Positions 47,593-60,649 are shown, numbered from the stretch's first letter. The stretch: DNA of 64,000 nt from Eukaryota sp. TZLM1-RC (GCA_040285825.1 JAUPSS010000004.1:1654550-1718549), one strand, 5' to 3'. Translations and numbers: made by a program. Notes: generated by a model not told the origin, from the sequence alone.

Positions 47593-49569
47593 CTAATCAA
47601 TATCTTCAACAGTGACATTGGGAGTTGGTTGAGCACCTTGACCTTGGGCTTGGGGAGGAACACCCATTCCACCAAAATCTGGCATTCCACCTTGGCCAGG
47701 AACACCTCCTGGGACACCGCCTTGACCTTGGGCTTGAGCATATGCCTTCATCATGATTGGTTGGCAAGATTCTTCAAGTTCCTTCTTCTTGGCTTCAAAT
47801 TCTTCCTTAGTAGCTTCAGCATTAGATTCAAGCCATTTGAGAGCTTCTTCAACCTTACCTTCGACAGTTTTTTTGTCTTCCTCTGAAAACTTGTCCTTCA
47901 TTTGGTCATCATTGAGACTGGAACGCATTGAGAATGCAAGATTTTCCAATTCATTCTTGGCACCAATGGTAGCTCTGACCTTGTCGTCTTCTTCCTTGAA
48001 TTGTTCGGCTTCACGAACCATTCTTTCAATATCTTCCTTGGATAGACGACCCTTGTCATTGGTAATGGTGATTTGGTTCTTCTTTCCGGTTCCCTTTTCT
48101 TCAGCAGTAACTTCAAGAATACCATTGGCGTTGAGTTCAAAAGTGACTTCAATTTTGGGAACACCACGAGGAGCTGGAGGAATACCCTTGAGATCAAAGG
48201 TACCAAGTTGATTGTTGTCACGAGTACGAGCACGTTCTCCTTCAAATACCTGAATGAGGACAGATTCTTGGTTGTCTGAATAAGTAGAAAACATTTCAGA
48301 CTTCTTGCAAGGAATGGTGGTGTTTCTGGGGATAAGAACAGTCATTTGACCACCAGCAGTTTCAACACCCATAGAAAGAGGGGTAACATCAATCAAGAGG
48401 AGATCCTTAGTCTTTTCTGAAGTGTTACCAGTGAGAATACTAGCCTGAACAGTGGCACCATAAGCAACAGCTTCATCAGGATTAATAGTCTTACAGGGTT
48501 CTTTTCCGTTAAAGAAATTCTTGATTAATTCTTGAATCTTGGGAATACGGGTTGATCCACCAACAAGAACAACTTCATGGACTTGATGCTTGTCAATCTT
48601 GGAGTCACGGAGAACACGTTCAACGGGATCAAGACAGCCACGGAAGAGATCCATACAAAGTTCCTCAAAGCGAGCACGGGTGATGGTAGTAAAGAAGTCA
48701 ATACCTTCATAGAGAGAGTCAATTTCGATGGTGGTTTGAGCAGAAGAAGACAAAGTTCTCTTGGCACGTTCACAGGCGGTACGGAGACGTCTCATGGAAC
48801 GAGCAGATTGAGTCAAGTCTTCACGGTGCTTCTTCTTAAATTCATCACAGCACCATCGGACAAGACGATCATCAAAATCCTCACCGCCAAGATGAGTGTC
48901 ACCTGCAGTGGCCTTGACTTCAAATACACCATCTTCAATGGTCAAGAGTGAAACATCAAATGTACCACCACCAAGATCAAAAACAAGAATGTTTTGTTCC
49001 TCATCAGACTTGTTGTTCAGACCATAGGCAATAGCAGCAGCGGTGGGTTCGTTGATGATTCTGAGAACTTCGAGTCCGGCAATTTGACCAGCATCCTTGG
49101 TAGCTTGACGTTGGGAGTCGTTGAAATAAGCGGGAACAGTAATGACAGCCTTGGTGACTGGTTCAGAAAGATAGTCTTCAGCAATAGTCTTCATCTTGGT
49201 CAAGACCATAGCAGAGATTTCTTCAGCTTGGAAAGTCTTTGTCTCCCCCTTCCAGGTAACTTCAATGTTAGGCTTATCACCGGCTCCAGAGACAACCTTG
49301 AAACTGTAATGCTTGGCGTCAGCTTGGACCACAGGTTCAGAAAACTTACGCCCGATAAGACGCTTAGCATCGAAGACAGTGTTAGCGGGGTTGCGAGCAG
49401 ATTGATTCTTGGCAGCATCACCAACAAGACGTTCAGAATCAGTGAATGCTACAACAGATGGGGTGGTGCGATTACCTTGATCATTGGCGATGATTTCAAC
49501 ATTGTTGTTGAGGAAAACACCAACACATGAGAAAGTAGTACCTAAATCAATACCAACAGCGTAAGGCAT
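47593..49569 (-). CDS. HSP70: Cytosolic Hsp70
   Basis: [18 protein letters not shown]-type [12 protein letters not shown] and [11 protein letters not shown]; no signal peptide; ends TVEDID. Confidence 0.98.
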   Translation of the reverse strand: MPYAVGIDLGTTFSCVGVFLNNNVEIIANDQGNRTTPSVVAFTDSERLVGDAAKNQSARNPANTVFDAKRLIGRKFSEPVVQADAKHYSFKVVSGAGDKPNIEVTWKGETKTFQAEEISAMVLTKMKTIAEDYLSEPVTKAVITVPAYFNDSQRQATKDAGQIAGLEVLRIINEPTAAAIAYGLNNKSDEEQNILVFDLGGGTFDVSLLTIEDGVFEVKATAGDTHLGGEDFDDRLVRWCCDEFKKKHREDLTQSARSMRRLRTACERAKRTLSSSAQTTIEIDSLYEGIDFFTTITRARFEELCMDLFRGCLDPVERVLRDSKIDKHQVHEVVLVGGSTRIPKIQELIKNFFNGKEPCKTINPDEAVAYGATVQASILTGNTSEKTKDLLLIDVTPLSMGVETAGGQMTVLIPRNTTIPCKKSEMFSTYSDNQESVLIQVFEGERARTRDNNQLGTFDLKGIPPAPRGVPKIEVTFELNANGILEVTAEEKGTGKKNQITITNDKGRLSKEDIERMVREAEQFKEEDDKVRATIGAKNELENLAFSMRSSLNDDQMKDKFSEEDKKTVEGKVEEALKWLESNAEATKEEFEAKKKELEESCQPIMMKAYAQAQGQGGVPGGVPGQGGMPDFGGMGVPPQAQGQGAQPTPNVTVEDID

Positions 49570-49993
49570 TATTGATCAAACAGTGAAAATAAACAGCATC
49601 CATAGGGTTTCTGCGAGGAAGAGAGGAGGGTGAGTCATGATGAAGTAGTAGTGACGTGTCAAATACTACGTGGCGATTTTAAGATATTTTATGAGATAGT
49701 GACACACCTACAAATTGCTACCAATATCTCTAAGACAGAACACCTCTCTTTGGAGTTGATCATTCATAGTAATGGCTGTACTGATGTGGTTTTGAAAATT
49801 GGTTTGACCTTTACCACCCAACACCTTACCTCTACTCTTTATTTATTCATTTTTCACAAGAATAGATCTAGAAATAAAGCCACATGTAGCAATCGTTTTA
49901 TTGAAAATTCAAAGTTACTAAGATATAATAGAGATAACAAGAGAACTTATTAAAAACGATTCTTATACAATTGAAAGAACACAAACTTATAAA

Positions 49994-51517
49994 CTAATAA
50001 AACTCTTTTCTTATATACATATCTGTTGGAAACATGGCACAAAGAAATTTTCTATTATTAAAAGCCCTCCTTGGTAATTGTTTCAAAGCTTTTATGCAAT
50101 CTTTCTCTAGTTCAAACTCCACAAATATCTTTCCAAAACCTGCTTGTCCAGGACTAGGTATCGAAATGGAAACAACCACGCCGTAGGATTCACATTCAAA
50201 CTGCACATCTTCTGTCAGATCCTCAAAAGACCCTTGAAAATCTTCTTCCTTAAGTACTCCAATCATTTGAATTACTCTGCTATGTTGTCTTTCAACCAAC
50301 AATTCTAAATCAGCATTAACAGGAGGCTCGTACCAGCTTGGAGGCGGAGGAGGGCTTCTATCGGCGAAACCAACCTTTAAGTGACTCCCGGCCAGGTCAA
50401 TAAGAGGGAGATAATGAAGGACATTCTCAGTGTCAATCTCTCTGCAGAATTGGCAATACGCATAACCCTTCGAGCCTACGGTGCTGGGATTTAGAGGTAA
50501 TTCAAAGCTCATCAACATTCCAAAAGGCCTCAAAATTCTTTTCATTTGATCTTCGTTGAAGTAATCGGGAACTCCGCCAATAATTAGTCTATTTCGATGA
50601 GGTGGGCATTTCTTTCGTACAATACCAGGAATTTGGTCTAATTGAAGTCTAGTTTCGGGTAAAATGTCCTGGTCAATACCAAAATCTTTCGGTCTACGAA
50701 CTTTAAGAGCGTTTCCCTGTAACGAAACACCATCAAAAGCTATTGCTGAGGTCGTATCTTCAATATAGTGAAACTCAATGAACGCAAAACCCTTATCTTG
50801 ATTGATTTGACAAGACAAGATAGGATCAATGTCCGAAAATTTGGCTACACCGGCTTGTTTAAGTGCTGAATTGAAAAAACTTCGAAGTTCATCATCTGTT
50901 ATACCCAGGGGAACATTGCCAACGTAAAGTCTTCTAGAGTGTCTATTTGAAACAGGAGCATTGGATTTAATAGCTTCAAGAATTAAATCAGGTTCGACAG
51001 CTGCTACCTCTGCCACAGACTTTCCTTCAAAACCCTCAGGTGGAAGGTCCCACAAAGTTTGCTGACAGATTCTTCTCTCAAGATCTCCATTGGGGTCTAT
51101 TTGGTAGGGAGGGACTGGAATGTCTTTGATGGGCCTGGTTATTCTTGGAGGGGGGAAATCTCTATCAGAATCCCTGTCTCTATTACGAGGACGTCGGTCG
51201 TCCCGCCTGTCTCTGGAAAAGTTTCTGTCATGAAAGTCGCGTCTGTCTCTACGTGAGTCAGAGCGGTCACGGAAGTGGGAGGAGTGGGAGGAACGGCGCA
51301 TTCTATCCGGATGAATGAATTGTTTGTCCCTGTCAGAGTAGTCGCGAGGCCTGTCAGTGTGTCTGAAGTGGTCCCTGTTTCTGTCACGTTCATAAGAGTC
51401 ACGGGGGTCACGACTAGAGCGGGAGTCCCGAAAAGATTCACGACCTCGAAAGTCTCTAGGATCTCGGTGGTCTCGGCGAGAAGAGCGTCGAGAACGAGGA
51501 GGAGAGCGTGGTGGCAT
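49994..51517 (-). CDS. U2AF2: U2 auxiliary factor large subunit (U2AF65)
   Basis: RS/RD-rich N-terminus, LWDLPPEGFE, RRLYVGNVP, KGFAFIEF, LKVRRPKD and a C-terminal UHM (GKIFVEF). Confidence 0.95.
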   Translation of the reverse strand: MPPRSPPRSRRSSRRDHRDPRDFRGRESFRDSRSSRDPRDSYERDRNRDHFRHTDRPRDYSDRDKQFIHPDRMRRSSHSSHFRDRSDSRRDRRDFHDRNFSRDRRDDRRPRNRDRDSDRDFPPPRITRPIKDIPVPPYQIDPNGDLERRICQQTLWDLPPEGFEGKSVAEVAAVEPDLILEAIKSNAPVSNRHSRRLYVGNVPLGITDDELRSFFNSALKQAGVAKFSDIDPILSCQINQDKGFAFIEFHYIEDTTSAIAFDGVSLQGNALKVRRPKDFGIDQDILPETRLQLDQIPGIVRKKCPPHRNRLIIGGVPDYFNEDQMKRILRPFGMLMSFELPLNPSTVGSKGYAYCQFCREIDTENVLHYLPLIDLAGSHLKVGFADRSPPPPPSWYEPPVNADLELLVERQHSRVIQMIGVLKEEDFQGSFEDLTEDVQFECESYGVVVSISIPSPGQAGFGKIFVEFELEKDCIKALKQLPRRAFNNRKFLCAMFPTDMYIRKEFY

Positions 51518-51532
51518 AAGTTAATAGCACAC

Positions 51533-51661
51533 CTGAGAATTTGACACAAAGTGAATATTGAATAAATATCCCTAATAATTGTGTAAACTTCTCAGCACCA
51601 AGGGTTAGTATACACTAAACACCTTGGAAATACGTTGATGAAAACAGCTATTGCTGTTTTC
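51533..51661 (-). ncRNA. Putative Fanzor omegaRNA scaffold (family F3)
   Basis: Three consecutive hairpins: 51640-51661 (perfect 9-bp stem over the stop codon), 51598-51627 (CCAAGG/CCTTGG) and 51533-51595 (CTGAGAA..ACACAA/TTGTGT..TTCTCAG). Confidence 0.6.
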
Positions 51662-53030
51662 GTAGACGTCTCACACGCCTTGGCCTTCTGAATGGTTCTG
51701 GCCTAGTACCAGTGAAATACTCACTAATTGCAATCTCCAGCTGGTTTCTGGAGGCTCAGATGTCTCTAGACCAGTTGGTCTGACATCGAGGGTAATCGAA
51801 CTTAGCGTTATTTACCCTTCCGTCATCATGATAGATCTTTCTATGAAAGACCTTACAGCAATTCACTTTTGCTGAGGTCATAAACTCGTCCCCGACTTTG
51901 ACGCTTTCAAAGTGTTTTTTGATTTGTTTGAGAAATCTCTTTCGGGGGGATTTCACAGATTGACGAGATGGACCACCGCCATTGCCGAACCAAACTATAG
52001 TGTTTCTTCCTTCAGATAAGCGTTTAATTTTGTTAATAAAACTAGTTAGTCTCTTTTGTCTTCGTATGAAGAAATCAAACTTATTTCTTCTCAGCTTTTT
52101 TCTTGCACCACGCTGCAAATTTCCAGACATAATTGAAGCATATTCAGGCTCTTCCTCAGATTCAGGAACATAAGGTAAACTTATTTCAATCAGATACTCT
52201 TGGAAGCTTTGAGCGGAATAAGTGTTAGGAGTTGCTTGGGTGAGAGGAGGGGGGTGATTTAGTCTTCGTTCTTTTGGATTCAGTAGCAGTCCAGAACGTT
52301 CAAAAATAGTAGCAGAATTTCGGAAAGAACCATTAGTCCAACCACAAAGATTGCTGTGGTTGGGATCAATGGCTACAAAAAACAAATTTTCATCAGGTTC
52401 TCTGTAATTGGGATGTTGTTCCACTGGTAACCGCGGTCTTCTCTGTGGATTTGCTGTTCTATGGACATTGGATTTTCGTTTCCTTTCAGATTTATGAAAA
52501 TCATAATTTCCAGAGGCTTGCCGGGGCTCAAATTCCGCTTGATTTGGCCTATTATAAGTTTTTCTTTCCTTCTGGGTAAACGTAAACCGCAAGGAATCAC
52601 CATTCGAAAAAATGGTATAGTTAATAAATTTCGATTTATTAAAAAACCGATAAGGGTTGTTCAGAAGCTCTTTGTTTGCATTTAGTTTTGTGAAATAAGC
52701 TTCTGCTTCTTTAGTCAAGCTGCAGAAGCATGGAGACCAAATGGACAGTGGAGAGAGAGTGCCTTTTCATCACATCAGGGCAGTTATCTTCTAAAAAAGA
52801 TAAAATGTTCAAGCCAGATTGAACGATTGTTGCAGCAGACTCCATATTGATGGGAAACCGTTCGTTTCTTATTGAATTTTCGAACAAATTTTCACCGCCA
52901 CCAATATAGGCGTTGGCTGTCATATTGAGCCAATGGACCAAGATATGCTGGTGTATTTCTTGATACCATTGTAAAATTGACTCATCTGGCTGAATCCCTT
53001 GAAGTACACCAAGGTGGAATTAATAAGCAT
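51533..53030 (-). mobile_element. Fanzor1 family F3 (related to F2), 5'-truncated by a retrotransposon
   Basis: YTIFSNGDSLRF, FVAIDPNHSNLCG (RuvC-I), VWFGNGGG, GDEFMTSAKVNCC and WSRDI*ASRNQLEIA. The natural stop is at 51648-51650. Confidence 0.88.
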
Positions 53031-53352
53031 TTTTTTATTTATTGAATTTGCACACTTAATTAAATTAACTCAATACTAATGGGACGACCATCATTGAACC
53101 AAGATTTCCTCTACAAAATCTTGATCTGCTTGCTGTCTAGCTAAAGCTTCTCTTATTCGATTGAAAAACCGTGGTAATCTATTAATAATGGCAAATTGAA
53201 TCCGTGAACGCCATAAAAAAATATCAAATCTTCTCATTGTTTTTTCTTGCACCATTTTTTGGAAGTCATTCAAAAAAGTTTCTGCTTCAAATGATAATCT
53301 TTCATTTATCGAAAATGGGAAAGCAATAAAAACCAGCTGTGTATTTCTATCG
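53031..53352 (-). mobile_element. 3' end of family A non-LTR retrotransposon with poly(A) tail
   Basis: DRNTQLVFIAFPFS..EEILVQ; tail AATAAATAAAAAAA abuts the Fanzor sequence. Confidence 0.85.
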
Positions 53353-53359
53353 GAATTAA

Positions 53360-53900
53360 TCAAATACGTTTTCTCAATTACAAGAAACAACAATTAACTT
53401 TATCTACCTCCTCCTCAATGCTTACCAAATATCAAATCTATATGTGGTGCTTATGTTTCTTTTGATCAAATTATGTTTTGCTGTAAAATCACTCAAGAAA
53501 GATCAATTATCCACAATGCAGTTCGTGATTGTATTTATGATCTGTTCAAATGTGCTCATCATCCAGTTCGTTTAGAAGATCTGTTTGATGAATTAAATTT
53601 CAGTTTGAGTCACAAAGGAGGTGACATTCAATGCGCTTGGTATGATGGAATTGAACTAATTACGGATTGCACCACCGTATCTCCGTGGCAAAGAGTTCCA
53701 ATTCTGACATTCAATATTTACTCAAAGTTGCAGAGCTTTCCAAGAAATCAAAATACGAAGTTCTTCTACAATGTCTGAAAGAACAAGAGGCAGAAACATC
53801 AAATTTGTCCCAATTGCTATTTCAATTTTTGGTACCATCGTAAGTGAAGGACTCAACTTTTTAGATGATTTAGCAAAACTTGAAAGTTTTTCCTCGTAAT
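53360..53900 (+). mobile_element. RLE-domain fragment of another non-LTR retrotransposon family (E)
   Basis: CC..RSIIHNAVRD, KGGDI..ITDCT and FVPIAISIFG. Confidence 0.65.
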
Positions 53901-56421
53901 ATTAACTGCAATTTTAATAAGAATACGGAGTTTTATAACAAGCAAGTTTCTATTTAAGTGAATAGCGAAAATCTCCCGTCATTCAATTGAAGGGGATTGA
54001 GTTGGTAAAAGTATTAGTTAAGGTTTTTGGTTGAGTTTTAAAATGTGAATGTTCCAGTAATAAATCTCAATATTTTCCCCATTCACAGTGAATGGCAAAT
54101 ATTGCAGTTTCTTAAATACTGTAACACTTTTATGTCAAAGACCTGAAATATATCTTTCTTCATCAAACAACCATATACAAAATTCTCTGCCAAAAAATTG
54201 CTGTGTGAGGGTTTAAAGAGGTTCACGTGCTAATTTTTTTACAAATTTAACTAAATATATTCAAATTTGTTTTCATTAACCATTATAGATTTTCGAAACA
54301 ATAACTTTTTCACGAAAAAACACAAAATATTAGCAAATATTCTTCTTGTATAGATTTCAAGAAAAAATGATTCAAGCAAAAAATGTAAATTGGACAACAA
54401 TAATTTACGACTCTAATATTTCATACGTTTCAGTACATGTTTAATATCTCAATTTTGTTCCATTAGTGATACTAACTCAGAGATCAAAGCTGATATCCTT
54501 CCTTTTTGTTCTGTCTTTGATGTGATAATTAGATCGAGTCTCAACTCAGTCACAACCAAAGCAAAATTTACACAATGATTTGTGTGAAGGGATAAATCAC
54601 AGTAAACAACAATATGGTCCAGGATAGGAAGTAAGGGGTTAACAACAGTATCAAAAATAGAATTTAGAAATCATGTTTCAATTCACAGCAGCTTTTTGTT
54701 ATTCGTGGTCAGGCCTCTTATCTTACATAATCTTCTTCTCCACTCTCCAACATCACATGATTTCACATTAGTATCGACGTGCCACTTCATTTTTTCACAA
54801 TCACAAACTCGTATAACACAGCTGAGTATCAGCTTGAAATAATAGTCGAGCCTATGAATATATAAGTATTACGGCAGTGTGACTCCTTGCACAAGGTGGA
54901 ACGAAAAACCAAACTGACCAAAGGTGTTTATTATAAACAGAGATATTTCGAAACCTCCAAACCTACCAAAAATCTGAGATGATGTGTACTGTTATCTCCT
55001 TGAAGTATCTCATCAATACTATATGGCACCGTTTGATTGGTTGTATGCAGCCGCAATGCTGAAGTAGGGGAAAGTCTTAAGAGAAAAACAGATGAACAAC
55101 CGTCAACAGTTCACTGAGTCCATATCTGGACGTCCTGCATCATTCACCTCCTCACATAAAGAAGAACAACACCCAAATGTAGTCCTTGTGGTCAAGAAGA
55201 ACATAACCGTTCCGCATGTGAGCGTTTATAACTTACTACTCCAATAAAGATGTTTATTTAGCCATATTGATAGCTCAAGGTGCAGTCAAAGATTTCCAGA
55301 AAGACAATTTTCCAATTTGGGTCTATCATGTGTTTCAGGTATTTGATAAAAGTGGCAACTGCATAAATTGTGTCAAAATGTTGTTGATTCATGTTTGACG
55401 ATCTTGATTTTGACATAACCGACACATTGGAGACAATAGTTTAGATCCCTCAGGCATTTTCCGACAAATTTTCGATCGATAAAGGTTATCAGCAGTAGGT
55501 AATACATTCAAGCAAGAATTAATTGCAAATTTAATGATTCTAGGACGTAGAAGAAGCAATGATGATCAGCATTCACATTTTCGAACTATAATGTAACATT
55601 ATCTATTGATAATTGTACTTTACACTCCCAAAGTACATCAATTCTTCCTTGAATTTCAACTTTTTTATAATTGAAAATATTTTTTTTTCTGCAAAGATGG
55701 GTATTTGTTAATCTATTTCTATCTTCACCCAATAAGGAATAAGTTGCCAAATTATCAATTGGATTAGATTTTTGCTTCTAAATACATGTTTCATGTTTTA
55801 TTTTTTGAAATGAACTTAACAAGAAAGAATTTTGCAAAATGTGGTATTGCTAAAATTGACATTTTTTATAAAATGAGGTTAGATCAGGAGAGCCAACACC
55901 GATCCTATATTTTAGTGAATACAGATCATCCAAATAATTTCCATTTTTTATTATTTATTTTTTTTGAATATTATTAAATAACAGATCTAGCGACACCTAG
56001 CCAACATTTCAATGTTCAACTTAATAGCGATGTAATAGTAATTTCAATAAAGGTGATTGGTATGTCAAATATTTGTAAATAACGTGCAAATGGCAAAACA
56101 TAATTTCTTAATTATTTAATAATTCAATTACTTTGGCTTTCTTTTTGGGCACTAGTGTCTGATTCTCAAGATGTTTCATCATATTTTCAAACTTTGACAA
56201 ACACAATTGGAAAAACCAAAAGTATAATCAGCATCTGTAAAATATTGTTTTTAAATATATTACATTTTCAAATAATAATGTTATCAACAGGGGCGTACAT
56301 GGTTTCATTTATTTCCGGTAGATTGATAAAAAGAATATTGTATACTTCAATCAGAATTTATTGTTGTTGTTGACTTGAAAAAGACCAATAGCAAAACAAA
56401 CCATTTACACCTTTTATAATT

Positions 56422-58424
56422 GGGAAAACTCCAAAATCCACACGTTTTTCAAAGATAAAACAAAATCCACACACTTTCATAGATTCACAACACAATCCAC
56501 ATTTCCTATGAACATTGATCTTAAACGTCTTAGGACCGATGCAACATTGGTGGCAACAGAACACAAGACGTTTGAGTCGAGATTGGACTTACAGACCTTC
56601 TTACATCAACTTGCACTTCAATACAACAAGGAATTCACAGTTGCTCCCAACAATTACAAAACGCGGTATGAGGTGAGGTGTACTGCTTCCGAATGTCCGT
56701 TCAAAATCATAGCTAGGGCACCAATAGATTCTGAGGTCTGGTGTATTACCAAAGCGGTCAACCATGCAGCAGGATGTGTTGCCTCTCCGAAGATCTATTT
56801 TCCACCCAAGATCATTACATACATCTTAAAAGAAGACTTCAGGTGCGAGAGACTGTTTTCGCCCAAAGCGTTGGAAAAATCTAGCTCCGTCATCAAAAAT
56901 GGTACATCTGCAGCACGGACAATTAGGGCTGCACAAAACTACTTATACGGTGACAGGAAATCTTCCTATAGACTTCTCCCGTATTACTTTTCTGCTATAT
57001 GTGAAAAGATGCCAGGAAGCGTGGCTTTTGTGAACTTCAATGCAGAAGGACATTGTCATAGATGTTTTTTCTCTCTTGAAGCTTCTATTGAAGGCTTTGA
57101 ATACACCAAATCACTGTTGGGATTGGATGGATGTCACATTAAGACTCAATATCTTGGTGTTTTGTTGGTTGCCACAGCAGTAGATGGAGCTGGACATACT
57201 TTTCCTCTTGCTTTCGGAGTAGTTGAAAATGAACATTATGATTCTCGGAAATGGTTTATAGAAGAGCTAAAGAAGGTTTTTGATTTGACTGGTATTACTG
57301 TTATATCTGATCGACAAAAAGGACTTATCAAGGCTGTTGGAAAAACGTTGCAAACCTCTGCTCATGCATTTTGTGTAAAGCATCTTGCCGATAATGCCAA
57401 CGGTAAAGGTTCTTAAAGGCCCGACCGTTCATATTCCGATTGACCAAATGCGGTTCCAAAGTTGAATACGAGAACCTGTTGCGTGAAATGACGTTAGTGA
57501 GTCCAGCTGCTGCAAACTACATCCGTAATACGGCTGAACCACACCATTGGGTTGAATATCAATTTCCAGGGAACAGATGTGGTCATGTTACCAGCAACAT
57601 AGTTGAATGTGTAAATGCGTGCATTGTAGAAGCTCGTCAGCTTCCAATTGTAATATGTTTGAATCGATTAGGTCAATGTTGGCGAGATGGTGTATTACGA
57701 GAAGAAAAGAAGCACGAAACTTATCATCAACTATTGTCTGCAGAGCAAATGATATTCTGGAACAGAGACTGTTACAATCTCGAGATTTAAAAGCTGTGGA
57801 ATTGGACCAAACTGAATTTGAAGCGAGAGAGAACGGCACTGTACTTACTGTCAATGTGGATTCTAACGAATGCTCATGTGGAGCTTTGGAAAAAGAAGGG
57901 ATTCTGTGTGTGCATTTACTCGTACTTCTTTCAGCAAAAGGAAGTAGAGGTGTTGAGTTGTGTTCTGAACTTCATTCAACACAGAGATTTCTCAAAACTT
58001 ACAGTGCAAGAATACTCTCAGTGGACGACATAAAACTTCATTCGGTTGTGAAGCAGACGCTAGATGACAAAATCGAATCAGATATACTAACTCAAACTCC
58101 AATTCCTACACCGCGAGCAAGAAGACCAGGAATCGTTAGGAAGAGGAGAAGTAATGACCCAAGAGGACCCAACAGCCGTAGCGAGAAGTTAACTGATGCA
58201 GTTGAACCAGCGCCCGAACAACGACGCAAGTACACATGTAAAGTATGTGGTGTCGAAGGACATAACGCAAGAGGATGTCCCAACAAAGATAAAGAATAGC
58301 TAATAAACAAGATTGTGTGGATATTGATGTTTTTGGAGTTTCTGTGTGAATTGTGAAGTCTTTTGATGAAAGTGTGTGGATTTTGCTCCATTTTGAAGAA
58401 AAATGTGGAAAATGAATTTATCCC
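56422..58424 (+). mobile_element. Complete MULE transposon, 2003 bp, imperfect TIRs and 9-bp TSD TTTATAATT
   Basis: TSD at 56413-56421 and 58425-58433; GGGA..CAAAATCCACACACTTTCAT at both ends. Transposase split over three ORFs (56508-57416, 57440-57790, 57607-58299) with DDE, SWIM and CCHC motifs. Confidence 0.95.
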
Positions 58425-59329
58425 TTTATAATTTGTAAAACCTTCTCGCTTTGAATTCATTTTGAGAAATTAATAAAATTTACTGAAATGATCACAGAAT
58501 TAACCTGCAGTTAAGGTCCATTGGATCGATCACAATATCAACTTCAAATACTGTTGTGTTTACTGTTTGTTCTAGCTTTTCTAATTCAGTCCCATAAATT
58601 ATAAAGGTAAATCGTAAGAAAAAAACAATGATGTACAAAGGACCTTTTCCTTGTTCTTCCTTTCTCCATTGTTTGAAATTGAACCGAACCATTATTCGAA
58701 CTTATTCGGACTAAACTATCTCCAGCTGATATTCGATGAAATTTTTTCATTTATTAAGGGTTATTTCGTACACGGTATTCGAGTCATTGTTATCCTCATA
58801 AAAGGTTTACGGTTAATGAAAAAACCATTGTGTAAAATTATTGTGCAAATTATGAATTACAACAATTTAGAATATGTGACCAAAAACAAGAGCAATTCCC
58901 GTAACAAAAAGTTGACCATTCCGTTGACAAACCGACCTTAGGACAATTCATAGGACAACTGTGACCTTCATATTCCTCAACAAAAATACTGGCAAAATAG
59001 AATGTGTTATTTCCGTCAGAAAACTAATCATAAACTGATTGTTTCAGCATCATTAGTTCAGGATTAAACTCCTATTAGTTTTGTATTTTGAATCTATGCA
59101 GTTTGTCTTATGTTTATATCTATTTACCTGGAACGCTTTACGAACTCTCGAGTTGCTTCTGCAAAAGATTTATTTGTTCCAAATTTTTCATTAGCCTGAT
59201 TGAAGATGTATTAAAAGGGTGATTAACTCGATTGTCGATTACTTTTGTAAATTATCAAATGAATCAACTACAAAGTTTTGTTGAAAGTGTCTATTTATAA
59301 GATTTTCTCTATTTATTTATCTAATAAGA

Positions 59330-60432
59330 AATGAAAAATTATCAAATACACAATTAAAGCTCCACAACCTCGAAATTCGCTTCCTCTACATTAGAACAAT
59401 CAATTACTAAAGATTCAGAAAATTTTCCAAAAGAAGAGAGTGAATCAGGAAGTAATTTTACCAGTTTTCTTCAAAATAGAAAATACAATCCTGTTTTGCC
59501 AGTATACACGATTGAGAATTGTTCCAGTTCATGCCTTTACAACTACATCAAGATCCTTAAGGAAAGACATAGCAACCTTACCTAAAGATCGAAGCAAGGA
59601 AAAAACAAAGGGACATAAATTATTTTGGGCATTAGAATTTTCATTGACAGAAGAAATAGATTTCGCATATTTAGCAATTTTGTATTTTTCGCCAGCAAGG
59701 GGAGGATTTTTGACATCTGAGTTGATGAAATGTTCGTTAGAAAAATTACAAGGGTCAATGGTCATGGTGTCTAAAATAATAAAACTACCATTTAAGCCGG
59801 GAACAACCAAATCACATCTTGTCAGACCCATAAAAGCTCTGTTGTAGCGCGTACTATCAATGTTGGGGTCATCAAGAATTAATTTTGATAGCAAACGCTC
59901 TCAAAAGGAATCTCCTCGAAGTGATATACACATTACATAAATTTGGTTCCTGACATTATTATGTACTTTACTTCTAAATGTAATAAAATGTTTACAATTC
60001 AACAGACGAGTAAACAAAAGAGGTCTGCCACATTTACATGTTCAATGATTACACAAATTGCTTGGCCATAGAAAACAAGGAAAACGCATGTTTAAAAGCC
60101 ATTGATTATTTATTTTAACAAAAGTCCATAAACAGAGGGAATTTGAGTTACTAAAACAGCAGCAAAGCTATCACGAATATCCTTCAAAAAATTTCCGAAA
60201 GTGGGATTTTCAGTTTTGGCCAAGACAAGTCTTATTTCATAATCCAAGCTTTCATATAATTTAACCAGAGGGTGCTGAAGCTTTTTCAAGCAAAAACGTA
60301 AATTTGGAAGTGATCGGGTGGGAATTTCTTGAATATTTTGAGGAAAACACAGAAGCCAGAAATTACTAGGCAAATGATGTAAATCAAATCGAAGATGATT
60401 TAACTAAAAATTTGATTCACCATGGACCAGAT
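59330..60432 (-). mobile_element. 5'-truncated family C non-LTR retrotransposon
   Basis: Inverse homolog of 10206-11300; ORF fragments 60110-60373 and 59529-59894. Confidence 0.85.
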
Positions 60433-60649
60433 AAACAACATAAGGGAAAGTGTGAAAGATACTGATGTTACTGATAATTCATTGTCAGATTTCAAAATAA
60501 GTGTGTGATTTTGTTCACTGTAATGGAAACGTTAATTACCACGAACTCATGTCAAAATAATGTATTTTCAATGGAAATATCATTCTCTTTCAGTATTTTA
60601 ATTCCAAATCAACAACCACTTGATAAATTGAATTTTAGCAGATGCCAAG

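Noticed and set aside
47629-49530. Plus-strand ORFs overlapping Hsp70 and similar antisense ORFs over other genes
   Set aside because: Shadow ORFs produced by codon bias of the real gene.
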